Positions 49,709 through 60,248 of a stretch of DNA of 64,000 nucleotides are shown here, piece after piece. The position numbers and the translations under genes are program-made. The stretch's first letter is position 1; each line of letters opens with the position of its first letter. Location: the NCBI GenBank assembly GCA_965243135.1, contig OZ251539.1, positions 1,632,001 through 1,696,000 of the forward strand, read 5' to 3'. The DNA comes from Alphaproteobacteria bacterium (lineage in GTDB: Bacteria; Pseudomonadota; Alphaproteobacteria; MPNO01; UBA830). Below the pieces are notes generated by a model. It searched no databases and was not told the origin of the DNA. It saw only the letters and a program-made list of their open reading frames with translations.

Positions 49709-50110
49709 TCACTTCCGTTCGATCAGTTCGATCTTGTAGCCGTCGGGATCCTCGATGAAGGCTATGACCGTCGTTCCGTGCTTCATCGGACCCGGCGGGC
49801 GCGGAACGTTGACTCCATCCGCCTTCATCCGCTCGCACGCGGCATGGATGTCGGGCACGGCGATCGCGATGTGGCCGAACCCCGAGCCGTGCGTGTAGGC
49901 TTCCTCCTGATCCCAGTTATGGGTCAGCTCGAGCACGGTGTGGCCGCTCTCGTCGCCGTATCCCATGAACGCGTTGGTGAACCTTCCGCCCGGAAAATCC
50001 TTTTCGCGCAACAGTTCCATCCCCAGGTGCCGGGAATAGAAGTCCTTCGATTTCTCGAGATCCCTGACGCGGATCATCGTGTGCAGCAGTCGGTGGTCTT
50101 CGGTGCTCAT
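49709..50110 (-). CDS. gloA: Lactoylglutathione lyase (glyoxalase I)
   Basis: LHTMIRV, LELTHNW, GHIAI, DPDGYKIELI. Confidence 0.95.
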   Translation of the reverse strand: MSTEDHRLLHTMIRVRDLEKSKDFYSRHLGMELLREKDFPGGRFTNAFMGYGDESGHTVLELTHNWDQEEAYTHGSGFGHIAIAVPDIHAACERMKADGVNVPRPPGPMKHGTTVIAFIEDPDGYKIELIERK

Positions 50111-51282
50111 CCTGGCGTTCTCTCCTGGTTGCGGGCCGTCCCGATCAGGCTTGTCACGACCCTGGCCGCGGCGTCGCCCGGGGAGCCGCCCTCGGGCCGC
50201 AGAAGGTTCAGCGCTTCCTCCGCGTCCGTCAACTGGGCGTTCCGGGCGTTCTCGTCCCGGAGCAGCCGCAACGTCTGCGCCGCGATAAGATCGCCGCGGC
50301 AATTATCCTGAATAAATTCCGGCACCGCTTCCCGGTCAAGCAGAATGTTGACGAGGTTGGCGTATCGCTGCCGCGTTCCGCGCAGCATCCTGAAGACCGC
50401 GACCGTGAGAGGATTCATGCGGTAGGAGATCGCGTGCGGCACGCGCGCCATCGTCAATTCGAGCGACACCGTGCCGGACGCGGCCATCGCAACGTCGCTG
50501 GCCGCCATGGCGTCGAACCTTCGCCCGGTCGTCGCGATCGCGCGTCCCGGCCAGCCGCGAATTCGATCCGACAACTCCTCGGCAAGATAGGAGATCGTCG
50601 GAAAAACGAACGCGACGTTCGGCAAGGACTTCGCGATCCTGCGCGCCGCGTCCCGGAAAACCGGCTCCAGACGGCCGATCTCTCCGCGCCGGCTGCCCGG
50701 CAGCACGCATACCACGGTCGCGTCCCGCTCGATGCGGTGATCGATCCGGAAGCGCGCTCCGTCCCCGTTTTGCGCCCCGCTTTCCAGGACGGGGTGCCCG
50801 ACGAAGGTGCACGGCAGCCCTTCCCTTTCGAAATACGGCGGTTCGAACGGCAGCAGAGCCATCAGGTGATCCAGCCTTGCGGCGAACTTGGCGGCGCGTC
50901 CGGGATTCCACGCCCAGACCGAAGGCGCGACGTAGTGAACCAGCGGTATGCCGGCATCGTCGAGGCCCTTCCAGACCCGATAGCAGAAGCCGGGAGCGTC
51001 GATCGACACCACGACGCTCGGACGTTCTTCGAGGATCTGGCGGACGGTCTCGCGGATGCGCCGGCGCACCAGCCGGATGCGCGGGAGGATTTCGACGACG
51101 CCCATAACCGCAATGTCGGAAATCGGAAATCGGCTGACCACCCCTTGCCCGGCCATCGCTTCGCCGCCGATCCCGGCGATCCGAATTTCGCCGCCGGTCA
51201 GAGCGGTCAGCGCGGAAGCGAGTCGGGCGCCGATCAAATCGCCGGAGGGTTCGCCGGCGATCAGCCAGATCAGCGGGGGCAT
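50107..51282 (-). CDS. lpxB: Lipid-A-disaccharide synthase
   Basis: AGEPSGD, YVAPSVWAW, VGHP, LPGSR, ASGT. Confidence 0.96.
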   Translation of the reverse strand: MPPLIWLIAGEPSGDLIGARLASALTALTGGEIRIAGIGGEAMAGQGVVSRFPISDIAVMGVVEILPRIRLVRRRIRETVRQILEERPSVVVSIDAPGFCYRVWKGLDDAGIPLVHYVAPSVWAWNPGRAAKFAARLDHLMALLPFEPPYFEREGLPCTFVGHPVLESGAQNGDGARFRIDHRIERDATVVCVLPGSRRGEIGRLEPVFRDAARRIAKSLPNVAFVFPTISYLAEELSDRIRGWPGRAIATTGRRFDAMAASDVAMAASGTVSLELTMARVPHAISYRMNPLTVAVFRMLRGTRQRYANLVNILLDREAVPEFIQDNCRGDLIAAQTLRLLRDENARNAQLTDAEEALNLLRPEGGSPGDAAARVVTSLIGTARNQERTPG

Positions 51283-52106
51283 TCCCGACGTCCGGGAACG
51301 CCGACGACGAAAAGGCCGGCGGCGTCGGCCGCCGCGGTCATCGCGCTGCGCTCCGCGACCAGAGCGCCGCCGGCCGCCACCGCCACGCCCCGCAACCCTG
51401 CCCGCTCGGCGCGCCTGACCGTCGTGACCCCGATCGCGGGCAAGTCGATTCTCCGGTCTTGGCCAGGTTTGGCCGCTTTCACCAGAACGCCGCCCGGCGT
51501 GTCGGGTCTAACGAATTCCGCGCAGCGGTCCATCAGGCAGTCCGTGCCCTCGACGCCTTCGACCCCGAGGACCGTCCCGTTCTGGACGATCACCGCCTGG
51601 CCGATGTCGAAGCTGCCGATCGCGTCGGCGACGGCCAATCCGCGCTCGATGTCGGAACGACAATCCGCGTCGGGCTCCACGGCGCCGTAGCGCCCTTCCA
51701 CGGCCAGAATGTCGCCCAGTAGGTCGTCCGGAGCGACGACCCGGAACCCTTCGGCGCTTTCGAGCTCCCGGATAACGGCGGACAGAACGTTGTCGTCTCC
51801 CAGCATGCGCACGCCGATCTTCGCGATGAAGCGGGCCGATCGCGGATCCCTCATGAGTTCCGTCAGCGAAGGCTTGGGAATCTTGCCGACGAAGACCAGT
51901 TCCTCGATGCCCTGGTTCCGGGCGGCGGCCAGCGCCTTGTCGAGGGCGCCCATGCGAATCCATGTCGTCTCCGCGCCGGCGATCACGGCCGGATCCGCGC
52001 TTTTTTCGAATGCCAACACGCGAAAGTCGCGGCCCGACTGGCGGCACGCCGAAACGATCTGTCCGGGCAGCGCGCCTGCGCCTGCGACGATTCCCAGCCT
52101 GGCCAA
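51270..52106 (-). CDS. lpxI: UDP-2,3-diacylglucosamine diphosphatase LpxI
   Basis: GIVAGAGALP, DIGQA, EGTD, QDRRIDLPAIG; TTG start. Confidence 0.92.
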   Translation of the reverse strand: MARLGIVAGAGALPGQIVSACRQSGRDFRVLAFEKSADPAVIAGAETTWIRMGALDKALAAARNQGIEELVFVGKIPKPSLTELMRDPRSARFIAKIGVRMLGDDNVLSAVIRELESAEGFRVVAPDDLLGDILAVEGRYGAVEPDADCRSDIERGLAVADAIGSFDIGQAVIVQNGTVLGVEGVEGTDCLMDRCAEFVRPDTPGGVLVKAAKPGQDRRIDLPAIGVTTVRRAERAGLRGVAVAAGGALVAERSAMTAAADAAGLFVVGVPGRRECPR

Positions 52107-52107
52107 G

Positions 52108-52902
52108 CTACTCCGGCCTCGGCTGGCACATGGCGCGGTTCGAGTCCGACCGGATGAAGTTCACGATTTCCATCACGGCTTCGTGGCTGCTGTAGGCTTC
52201 GACGACGTCCTCCAGCCGTTCGGCCATCGTGCCTTCCGCCGCGAACATGAGCCGGTACGCTCTGCGGAGCGCCGAAATGTTCGTCCGGGAAAATCCGCGA
52301 CGCTTGAGTCCGACGATGTTGAGGCCGCTCAACCTGGCCCGATCCCCCATCACCGAGCCGTAAGGTATGACGTCGCATTCGACGCCCGACATTCCTCCGA
52401 CCATCGCATGCTTTCCGATGCGGCAGAACTGGTGGACAGCCGACAATCCGCCGATGATCGCGTAGTCTTCGACCGTGACATGGCCGGCGAGCGTCGCGTT
52501 GTTGGCCATGATCACGTGGTCTCCCACCGTGCAATCGTGCGCGACGTGCGCGCCGACCATCAGGAGGCACTCGTCGCCGACGCGGGTGACCATGCCGCCG
52601 CCGCGCGTGCCCGGATTGATGGTCACGTGTTCCCGGATGACGTTCTCGGCGCCGATCCTGAGCGTCGACGGCTCGCCGTCGTATTTCTGGTCCTGCGGCG
52701 CGAGGCCGATGGACGCGAACGGGAAGATCTGCGTGCAGGGACCGATATCGGTCCGGCCGTCCACGACCACATGGGACGCGAGCTTGCAGCCGTCCCCGAG
52801 GGCGACGCCGCCGCCGACGACGCAATAGGGGCCGATCGATACGCCCTCTCCGAGGCGGGCTTTCCCGTCGACGATCGCCGTGGGATGGATGTCCGCCATC
52901 AT
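52108..52902 (-). CDS. lpxA: UDP-N-acetylglucosamine acyltransferase
   Basis: IHPTAIV, hexapeptide repeats, PQDQKY, HVAHDC, HQFCRIG. Confidence 0.96.
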   Translation of the reverse strand: MMADIHPTAIVDGKARLGEGVSIGPYCVVGGGVALGDGCKLASHVVVDGRTDIGPCTQIFPFASIGLAPQDQKYDGEPSTLRIGAENVIREHVTINPGTRGGGMVTRVGDECLLMVGAHVAHDCTVGDHVIMANNATLAGHVTVEDYAIIGGLSAVHQFCRIGKHAMVGGMSGVECDVIPYGSVMGDRARLSGLNIVGLKRRGFSRTNISALRRAYRLMFAAEGTMAERLEDVVEAYSSHEAVMEIVNFIRSDSNRAMCQPRPE

Positions 52903-53348
52903 CTGTCCAGGATCATGGCGGAATAGGTCGCTTCGGCCACGAGGGCGCCCTCCACGATCGCGCGGCCTTCGAACCTCCAGACGTTGCGGCGTTTCTGCTG
53001 CTTGACGACCTCGACCCGCATCTGGTCTCCCGGCCTGACCGGCTTGCGAAACCGCGCGCCGTCCACGGACATGAAATAAACCAGCTTTCCCTCGAATTCC
53101 GGCCCCAGGGTGTGGACGACCAGAACCGCCGCCGTCTGGGCCATGGCCTCGATTATCAGCACGCCCGGCATGACGGGCTGTTGCGGAAAATGACCGGCGA
53201 AATAGTTTTCGTTGACGGTGACGTTCTTCAAGCCCGTCGCCTTGACGCCGGTAACGATGTCCACCACGCGGTCGATCATGAGAAAGGGATAGCGATGAGG
53301 AATCATTTCCATGATCCGTTCGATATCCAGCTCATCGATCGTCTTCAT
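52899..53348 (-). CDS. fabZ: 3-hydroxyacyl-ACP dehydratase
   Basis: [24 protein letters not shown]. Confidence 0.97.
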   Translation of the reverse strand: MKTIDELDIERIMEMIPHRYPFLMIDRVVDIVTGVKATGLKNVTVNENYFAGHFPQQPVMPGVLIIEAMAQTAAVLVVHTLGPEFEGKLVYFMSVDGARFRKPVRPGDQMRVEVVKQQKRRNVWRFEGRAIVEGALVAEATYSAMILDR

Positions 53349-54372
53349 GTTCCCTCCCCTTCTGCGACAGGCGCGACAGCGTGACCTGCTGCCGGAAGAA
53401 CTGCTTGATCGGCATGGCGGGCAGTCCCATGACGGTTGCGCCGGGCGCCACGTTTCGCATCACGCCCGACCTCCCGGCGATCCGGGCGTCGTCGCCGATG
53501 GACAGGTGGCCGGCGATCGCCGCCTGTCCGCCGACCATTACGCGATTTCCGAGCGTCGTGCTGCCGGCGACGCCGGCCATCGAGACGATTACGCAGTCGC
53601 GCCCGACGCGGACATTGTGCCCAATCTGGACCAGGTTATCAATCCTGGTCCCCGCCCCGATGACCGTGTCGCGGACGGCGCCGCGGTCGATAGTGGCGTT
53701 GGCGCCGACCTCCACGCCGTCTTCGATCAGCACGCGGCCGACCTGCGGGATCGTCACCGCGCCGTCCGGCGAGAGCGCGAAACCGAAACCGGCTTCTCCG
53801 ACCCGCGCGCCGGCGTAAAGCGTGACGCCGTCGCCGATCAGCGCGAAGCGGATCGAAGCGGAAGGGCCGATGCGGCAATCGTCGCCGATTTCGACCGCGT
53901 CTCCGATATAGACGTTGGGCGCGACCCGGCAGCGCTTGCCCAGGCGGGCGCCGGGCCCGATCACGGTTCCGCTGCCGATCTTCGTTCCCTCCCCGATGGC
54001 AGCGTCGGCATGAACGTTTTCGGCGGCGTTCCGAGGCAGGTACGAGTCTTCGCTATCGGGATGGAAGGCGGTCGCGACCTTCGCCCAGGCCAGGTACGGA
54101 CGATCCGTCAAGAGGAGGTCCGTTCCCGTTGGCGCCTGGTCCGCGTATTTTTCCTCGACGAGGCAGCATCCCGCCCCGGTCTTGCGGAACTGAGCGATAT
54201 ACGCCTTGTTGCTAAGGAATCCGATCTCGTCCGCTCGCGCGCAGTCGAGCGGCGCGATGCCGCTTATCAGTTTTCCGGGATCGGCTGCGGCGGCCGGCGA
54301 CGCGTTGGCGATCTCCGCAAGCCGGGATACGGTGAACGGCCCCGCTGGCGGAAAGAACCGGGCGTCGGGCAT
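53332..54372 (-). CDS. lpxD: UDP-3-O-acylglucosamine N-acyltransferase
   Basis: GFGF, IDRG, IDNLVQIGHNV, hexapeptide repeats. Confidence 0.95.
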   Translation of the reverse strand: MPDARFFPPAGPFTVSRLAEIANASPAAAADPGKLISGIAPLDCARADEIGFLSNKAYIAQFRKTGAGCCLVEEKYADQAPTGTDLLLTDRPYLAWAKVATAFHPDSEDSYLPRNAAENVHADAAIGEGTKIGSGTVIGPGARLGKRCRVAPNVYIGDAVEIGDDCRIGPSASIRFALIGDGVTLYAGARVGEAGFGFALSPDGAVTIPQVGRVLIEDGVEVGANATIDRGAVRDTVIGAGTRIDNLVQIGHNVRVGRDCVIVSMAGVAGSTTLGNRVMVGGQAAIAGHLSIGDDARIAGRSGVMRNVAPGATVMGLPAMPIKQFFRQQVTLSRLSQKGREHEDDR

Positions 54373-54375
54373 GGT

Positions 54376-54924
54376 TCAGTTTTTCGCTTCCAGCTTGTAG
54401 TCGGGAAGCGAGACGCTCGGCAGTCTCTCGTCAAGGCGCGCGACGATTTCCGGCGTCAGGTCGAGCGAGTTGGCGGACAGGAACACCACCCGCTTTTCCA
54501 GCACGACATCGAGTTTCCTCTCGTTGGCGATCGCGCCGACGACCTCCAGCAACTCCTTCAGGATGACGTCCTTGGTTTCGTTGAAGATGCGGTCGAGCTT
54601 GCGCTTGCGCTCCTGAACAGCCTTCTGGGCCTTCCTTCCCTCTTCCTCGAGCGCGCGGCGCCTCTCGTCGAAGGTTTCGGCCGGCAGCAGGGCGCGCTCC
54701 TCGCCAAGATCCTTGCCCGCGTCCCTCAATTCGCGTTCGCGTTCGCGGATCTCCATCTGGAAGGCCCGCCGCTGCCGCTCCATTTGCGGACGAAGCGCCT
54801 TGGCCGCCTTCGCGTCGCGCAGAACCCGCTGAACGTCGACGATTCCGATCCGCGGCGGGTCCGCATGGGCGGCGGCCAGCGTCAGGAACAGGGTCGCGGC
54901 GCACCAAGCGGCGATCCGCAGCAT
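54376..54924 (-). CDS. OmpH/Skp periplasmic chaperone
   Basis: Signal peptide, IGIVDVQRVL, coiled coil, LDLT; lies between bamA and lpxD. Confidence 0.88.
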   Translation of the reverse strand: MLRIAAWCAATLFLTLAAAHADPPRIGIVDVQRVLRDAKAAKALRPQMERQRRAFQMEIRERERELRDAGKDLGEERALLPAETFDERRRALEEEGRKAQKAVQERKRKLDRIFNETKDVILKELLEVVGAIANERKLDVVLEKRVVFLSANSLDLTPEIVARLDERLPSVSLPDYKLEAKN

Positions 54925-57176
54925 CAGAATCTCGTGCCGAAACTGAACCGGAACGACTGGGTCTGGTCGTATTCTTCCTTCCTGACGACCCGGGCGATGT
55001 CGATATTCACCGGCCCGATCGGAGACAGCCAGGACAGGCCGACGCCTACGGACGATCGCAGAGAGCCGTCGTCCGTGTCTCCCGCCTTTTCGTTGCCGCC
55101 CACGCTGCCCGCGTCGGCGAATACGCGCCCTTTCACCCCGAATTCGTTCGGAAGCCCCAGCGGCAGCGAAAGGCCGGCCGAAAGCCGATAGAACCATTCG
55201 CCGCCGAGAGCGTCGTCCGTCGCCGTGTCGCGCGGTCCGACGCCCGCCGGCTCGAAGCCGCGAAGACTGCCTCCGCCGAGGAAGAAGCGGTCGACGATGC
55301 GGATGTCTTCGCCGAGTTCGAAGATGTATCCCGCGCCGGCGTCGAGATTCACGATCCAGTTCTCGGCGATGGGCAGGTAGAAGGCGCTGTCCCACCTGTT
55401 CCGAAGATACCGGCTGTCGCCCCCGATGCCGGCGACCGCGTTGTCCATCTGCAGGAAATAGCCTTCCGTCGGATTGAAGCGGTTGTCCCTGACGTCGTAC
55501 AGCAAGGTCTGGGACAGCGCCGAAGTGACGAAGGCCCCCCTTTCCTCCTGAACCGCGAGCGAAGCGTCGGCCCGGATGTCGGTGACTTCGTCTTCCCGAA
55601 GGGCGTATTTCCAGGTTTGCGACAGGGGTTCGGTGATCCTGTAGCCCATCCGCAGCGAGAAGCCGGTGGCCTCGCGGTCGTAGGAGCTTTCGTCCTGGAG
55701 ATCCCGCTGGGTATTGAAAATGTCGATGCCGGCGGAGAGCTCCCTGTCCATGAAATACGGCTCCGTAAAGGAAAGCTCGCCCTGGCGTTCCTTCGTTCCG
55801 AACCTCAGGTTGAGGCGCAGGTCCTGCGCCCTTCCGAGAAGATTGCGCTCCCTGACGCCGATTTCTCCGAGAACGCCGGACGCGGTGGAATAGCCGGCGC
55901 CGAAGGAGATTTCGCCGGTCGCCTGCTCCTTCACGGCGACGCTGACTATCGTCCTGTCTTCGGCGCTGCCGGGCTCGTTCTGGATGTTGACGTCCTCGAA
56001 GAAGCCGAGATTCCTGATGCGCCGCAGGGAACGCCGCAGCTTGGAAGTGTTGAACGCGTCGCCTTCGACCAGCAGCATCTCGCGGCGAATGACTTCGTCG
56101 GTAGTGCGAACGTTGCCGGTGATCCGGACGCGTTCGACGAACACGCGGGGACCTTCCTCGACGGCGAACGTCACGTCGATGGCGCGCGTCTCGCGATCCC
56201 GATTGACGTTCGGGACGATTTCGACGAAGGCGTATCCGAGAACGCCGACCGAGTCCGTCAGGTTGCCGATCGACTCCTCCAGCTTGTCGGCGTCGTACCA
56301 GTCGCCTTCCGCGACCGTCAGTTCGGAGCGCAGTTGGTCGGCTTCGAGATCCTTGAACTCCGTCTCGATGCCGATTTCGCCGAACTTGTAGCGCGGTCCT
56401 TCGCTCACGGTGAAGGTCACGAAGAATTCCTTGTCGTCCGGGGTGAGTTCCGCGGCGGAGGAAACGACGCGGAAATCGGCATATCCGTTCGCAAGATAGT
56501 GGCGCCGCAACAGTTCGCGATCGAAAGCCAGCCGGTCCGGATCGTAGGTGTCGTTCGAAGTCAGGAACCTGTACCAGGCCGATTCCGTGGTCTGGATGAC
56601 TTCGCGAAGATCGCCGTCGCTGAACCTTTCGTTGCCGATGAAGGAGATTTTGCGAATCGTCGTCAGATCGCCTTCCTCGATCTCGAAGATCAGATCGACC
56701 CGGTTCTGGGGAAGGCGCACGACCTTGGGTTCGACGACCACCGCGAACCTGCCGCTGCGCCGGTAGATCTCCATGATGCGCTGGGCGTCCGCCTGCACCC
56801 GCGCGCGCGTGAACACGATGCGGGGGCGCAGCGTCACCTCGTCGGTCAGGATCTCGTCGGTGATGCGGTTGTTTCCCTCGAACGCCAGCCGGTTGATGAT
56901 CGGGTTTTCGACGACGCGGACGACGACGTCCGCGCCTTCTCGGCGTATCGAGACGTCGGAGAACAGGCCCGTCGCGAACAGGGACTTCAGCGCCTCGTCG
57001 AGATCGCGATCGGTCGGACTGTCTCCTGGCCGGAGCTTCGAATACGAGCGCACCGTCTCGACCTCGATGCGCTGGGTTCCTTCGACGCGCACCTCCCCTA
57101 TCTGCTGGGCCGCGGCGTCGGCGACGCCGGCCGCGGCGATCGCGGCCAGCAACATCAAATTGCGGAAATAGCGCAT
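54924..57176 (-). CDS. bamA: Outer membrane protein assembly factor BamA
   Basis: POTRA repeats, LRGF motif, C-terminal FSFGTRF; start could be 57197. Confidence 0.96.
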   Translation of the reverse strand: MRYFRNLMLLAAIAAAGVADAAAQQIGEVRVEGTQRIEVETVRSYSKLRPGDSPTDRDLDEALKSLFATGLFSDVSIRREGADVVVRVVENPIINRLAFEGNNRITDEILTDEVTLRPRIVFTRARVQADAQRIMEIYRRSGRFAVVVEPKVVRLPQNRVDLIFEIEEGDLTTIRKISFIGNERFSDGDLREVIQTTESAWYRFLTSNDTYDPDRLAFDRELLRRHYLANGYADFRVVSSAAELTPDDKEFFVTFTVSEGPRYKFGEIGIETEFKDLEADQLRSELTVAEGDWYDADKLEESIGNLTDSVGVLGYAFVEIVPNVNRDRETRAIDVTFAVEEGPRVFVERVRITGNVRTTDEVIRREMLLVEGDAFNTSKLRRSLRRIRNLGFFEDVNIQNEPGSAEDRTIVSVAVKEQATGEISFGAGYSTASGVLGEIGVRERNLLGRAQDLRLNLRFGTKERQGELSFTEPYFMDRELSAGIDIFNTQRDLQDESSYDREATGFSLRMGYRITEPLSQTWKYALREDEVTDIRADASLAVQEERGAFVTSALSQTLLYDVRDNRFNPTEGYFLQMDNAVAGIGGDSRYLRNRWDSAFYLPIAENWIVNLDAGAGYIFELGEDIRIVDRFFLGGGSLRGFEPAGVGPRDTATDDALGGEWFYRLSAGLSLPLGLPNEFGVKGRVFADAGSVGGNEKAGDTDDGSLRSSVGVGLSWLSPIGPVNIDIARVVRKEEYDQTQSFRFSFGTRF

Positions 57177-57186
57177 AGCGTCTCGC

Positions 57187-58299
57187 TCAGGTTGCAAATC
57201 CGATCAGAAAGTCGACCACGCGAAGGTGGATCAAGTCGTTCCAGGTAGCCAACACCATCAGACCCAGCAACATCCCGAGGCCGATGCGGAGGCCGTATAT
57301 TCGCGCGCGCGCGCCGAGGGGCCGGCCCCGGAGCGCTTCCGCAGCGTAAAACAGCAAATGGCCGCCATCAAGGACCGGTATCGGAAGCAGGTTGACGAGG
57401 CCCAAATTGATCGAAAGGACCGCCGTGAACAGGATGACGTTTGCGGCGCCGCTCTGCCACATGTCGCCCGAAAGCTGCGCGATCCGAATGGGGCCGCCCA
57501 GTTCTTTCGTCGTTCGCGTGCCGTCGATGATCTGGCCGATCGCCTGGAAAATGGTGAGCGTCAGGTCCCATGTTTCGTAAACCGCCCGCCACAGCGCGGT
57601 CGCGGGGTCGTGGCGAACGTACTTCTTTCCCGCTGCGGACCGGGCGATGCCCAGCCGACCGATTCGCTGGGGGTTTCCAAACCGGTCTTCCGTGTCGAGG
57701 ACCTCGGGAACGGCCGTCAGCGAGATTTCCTCGCCGTCGCGGAGCACCCGGAAATCCAGCCGTTTTCCCGGGTTGAACTGAACGATGTAGACGACCTCCT
57801 CGAACCGTTCGATCCGGGTGGAGTCGATTCGGGTGATCGTGTCGCCGGCCCGGAAGCCTGCGCGCTCGGCGACGCTGCCGGGCAGAACGCTGCCGACGTC
57901 GGAAGGCGTGAACGGCTGGCCGACCGACGCGAACATGCCGGCGAGGATGACGACGGCCAGCAAGAAGTTGGCGGCCGGCCCCGCGGCGACGATGAAGGCG
58001 CGCTCCCGGACGCTTTTCGTCTCGAAAGAGTCCGGATTCGACGACGGCGTCCCCTCGCCCGGCTGCATTTCGCCGAGCATCCTCACGTAGCCGCCGAGGG
58101 GGACGGCGCTCACCCTCCAGCGCGTCCCGGCGCGGTCCATCCAGCCGAGCAGTTCGGGACCCATGCCGATGGAAAAGACCTCGACCCGGACGCCGCAATG
58201 CCGCGCCGCGAGGTAATGGCCCATCTCGTGCACGAACACGAGAACCGTGAACACCGCGAGAAACGGGATGACGTATTCGATCAACGCGGAAAGAATCAT
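57187..58299 (-). CDS. rseP: RIP metalloprotease RseP
   Basis: HEMGH, PDZ, NLLPIPVLDGG. Confidence 0.96.
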   Translation of the reverse strand: MILSALIEYVIPFLAVFTVLVFVHEMGHYLAARHCGVRVEVFSIGMGPELLGWMDRAGTRWRVSAVPLGGYVRMLGEMQPGEGTPSSNPDSFETKSVRERAFIVAAGPAANFLLAVVILAGMFASVGQPFTPSDVGSVLPGSVAERAGFRAGDTITRIDSTRIERFEEVVYIVQFNPGKRLDFRVLRDGEEISLTAVPEVLDTEDRFGNPQRIGRLGIARSAAGKKYVRHDPATALWRAVYETWDLTLTIFQAIGQIIDGTRTTKELGGPIRIAQLSGDMWQSGAANVILFTAVLSINLGLVNLLPIPVLDGGHLLFYAAEALRGRPLGARARIYGLRIGLGMLLGLMVLATWNDLIHLRVVDFLIGFAT

Positions 58300-58311
58300 C
58301 GAAATTCGCCG

Positions 58312-59469
58312 CTACTTCATCCGGGAAATGATCTCGCCCGCCGCCCGCCGCGCGGCGCGGTCGACCGCTGCGACTTCCGCCACGGAACGCGCCGCCGGCT
58401 CCTCGAACCAGGACAAGGTTTCCTCGACGACGCGCGCGACGTCGAGAAATCCGATTCTCTCGGCGAGGAAACCGTCCACCGCCGCCTCGTTCGAGGCGTT
58501 GAGCACAATAGGCGCATTGCCGCCCTCCCGCAAGGCTTCGCGGGCCAGCGACAGGGACGGAAATCTCTCGGCGTCGGGCGGTTCGAAGGTGAGCGTGGCG
58601 ATCCGTCCCAGGTCGAGCCGCGCGCTCGGGGCGCCGATGCGCTTCGGCCAGCCCAGCGTGTACGCGATTGGCGTCCGCATGTCGGGCGCGCCGAGCTGCG
58701 CCAGCACCGAGCCGTCGACGTAGCAAACGAGGCTGTGAACGATGGATTGCGGGTGCACCAGTATGTCGATCCGGTTTTCGGGCATTTCGAACAGGTAGTG
58801 GGCTTCGATGAGTTCCAGCCCCTTGTTCATCATCGTGGCCGAATCCACCGAAATCTTGGCGCCCATCCGCCAGTTCGGATGCGCGACGGCCGCCGCCGGA
58901 GTCGCGGTCCGCATTTCCTCGCGCCCGGCCGTGCGGAAAGGGCCGCCGGACGCGGTGAGTATGATCTTCTCGACGTTCTGGCGCTGCTCGAATTCGAACA
59001 CCTGGAAGATCGCGTTGTGTTCGGAGTCCACCGGCAGAAGAACGGCGCCGCTTCGCGCCGCTTCCTCGAGCAGGAGGCGGCCGGCGCAGACGAGGCACTC
59101 CTTGTTGGCGAGGGCGACCACCGCGCCCTGGCGCACCGCTTCGAGAGTCGGTTCCAGTCCGGCCGCGCCGACGATGGCCGCCATCACCCAGTCGGCCCTT
59201 CTACCGGCCGCCTCGGCGACGGCCGCCGGGCCGGCCGCGGCCTCGACGCCGGATCCCGCGAGCGCGCGCTTCAGGTCGGCGTAACTGTCCTCGTCGCCGA
59301 CCACGGCGAGAGCGGCCGTCACGCGGCGCGCCTGCGCGGCGAGCAATTCCGCGTTGCGATTGGCCGTGAGCGCCTCGACGCGGTAGGCGTCGGGCCGACG
59401 TTCGATCAGTTCGATCGTGCTCGACCCCACCGAGCCGGTAGAACCCAGGATCGACACGCGCTTCGTCAT
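58312..59469 (-). CDS. dxr: 1-deoxy-D-xylulose-5-phosphate reductoisomerase
   Basis: LGSTGSVG, LANKE, PVDSEH, HPNWRMG, NKGLE. Confidence 0.97.
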   Translation of the reverse strand: MTKRVSILGSTGSVGSSTIELIERRPDAYRVEALTANRNAELLAAQARRVTAALAVVGDEDSYADLKRALAGSGVEAAAGPAAVAEAAGRRADWVMAAIVGAAGLEPTLEAVRQGAVVALANKECLVCAGRLLLEEAARSGAVLLPVDSEHNAIFQVFEFEQRQNVEKIILTASGGPFRTAGREEMRTATPAAAVAHPNWRMGAKISVDSATMMNKGLELIEAHYLFEMPENRIDILVHPQSIVHSLVCYVDGSVLAQLGAPDMRTPIAYTLGWPKRIGAPSARLDLGRIATLTFEPPDAERFPSLSLAREALREGGNAPIVLNASNEAAVDGFLAERIGFLDVARVVEETLSWFEEPAARSVAEVAAVDRAARRAAGEIISRMK

Positions 59470-60248
59470 GCGCCGCAGATCGTCAGCGCGGCCGCCGCCG
59501 GGCCGGTCAGCAGCATACCGTCCAGGCGGTCCAGCATTCCGCCGTGCCCGGGGATCATGCCGCCGGCGTCCTTGACGCCGCATCGGCGCTTCGCGGCGGA
59601 CACGGCGAGATCCCCCGCCTGCGCAAGAAGCGCCGCCCCCGCCCCCGCCGCGGCCGCCCGCGCCGGATCGGCGGAAAGCCAGGACAGGCTCCACACGGCG
59701 GACGCGGCGACGCCGCCCGCAAGGCCGGCCCACGTCTTTCCGGGGCTTACGAGCGGCGCGAGTTTCGGTCCGCCGAGCAGGCGTCCGGCGGCATAGGCGC
59801 CGACATCGGTGCACCAGACCGCGCCGACAATCCAGAACACGAGGTCGCGGCCGCCGTCCAGCCCGCGCATCCACAGGAAGACGGTTCCGAACAGGCCGAT
59901 CGACAAGCCTCCGAGCGCGAAGAAGGCGGCGGCGCGAATTCCTTCGTTCTTGCGGAAACCTGCCGCGACCGCGGCCGCGGCGGCGGTCGCCGCGAGAGCC
60001 GGGGCATGCGCTCCGGCCGCGGCTGCCGAAGCGGACGCCGTCAGCCCCGCGGCCAGAATCCATCCGGCCGCCCCGAGTTTCCCGCCGCCGCACATCCGGC
60101 CCCATTCCCAGGCCATCGCGAGGACGCCGGCAATTATGCAGATCTCGAACCACGGCGAGCCGAAATGCACCGCGGCCAGCACGGGCGGAGCGAGCACCGC
60201 GGCCGAAAGCGACCGCAGCGCCAATCCGTCAGGCTGAAATCGCGCCAT
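59466..60248 (-). CDS. cdsA: Phosphatidate cytidylyltransferase
   Basis: SPGKTW, GDL, KDAGGMIPGHGGMLDRLD. Confidence 0.93.
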   Translation of the reverse strand: MARFQPDGLALRSLSAAVLAPPVLAAVHFGSPWFEICIIAGVLAMAWEWGRMCGGGKLGAAGWILAAGLTASASAAAAGAHAPALAATAAAAAVAAGFRKNEGIRAAAFFALGGLSIGLFGTVFLWMRGLDGGRDLVFWIVGAVWCTDVGAYAAGRLLGGPKLAPLVSPGKTWAGLAGGVAASAVWSLSWLSADPARAAAAGAGAALLAQAGDLAVSAAKRRCGVKDAGGMIPGHGGMLDRLDGMLLTGPAAAALTICGA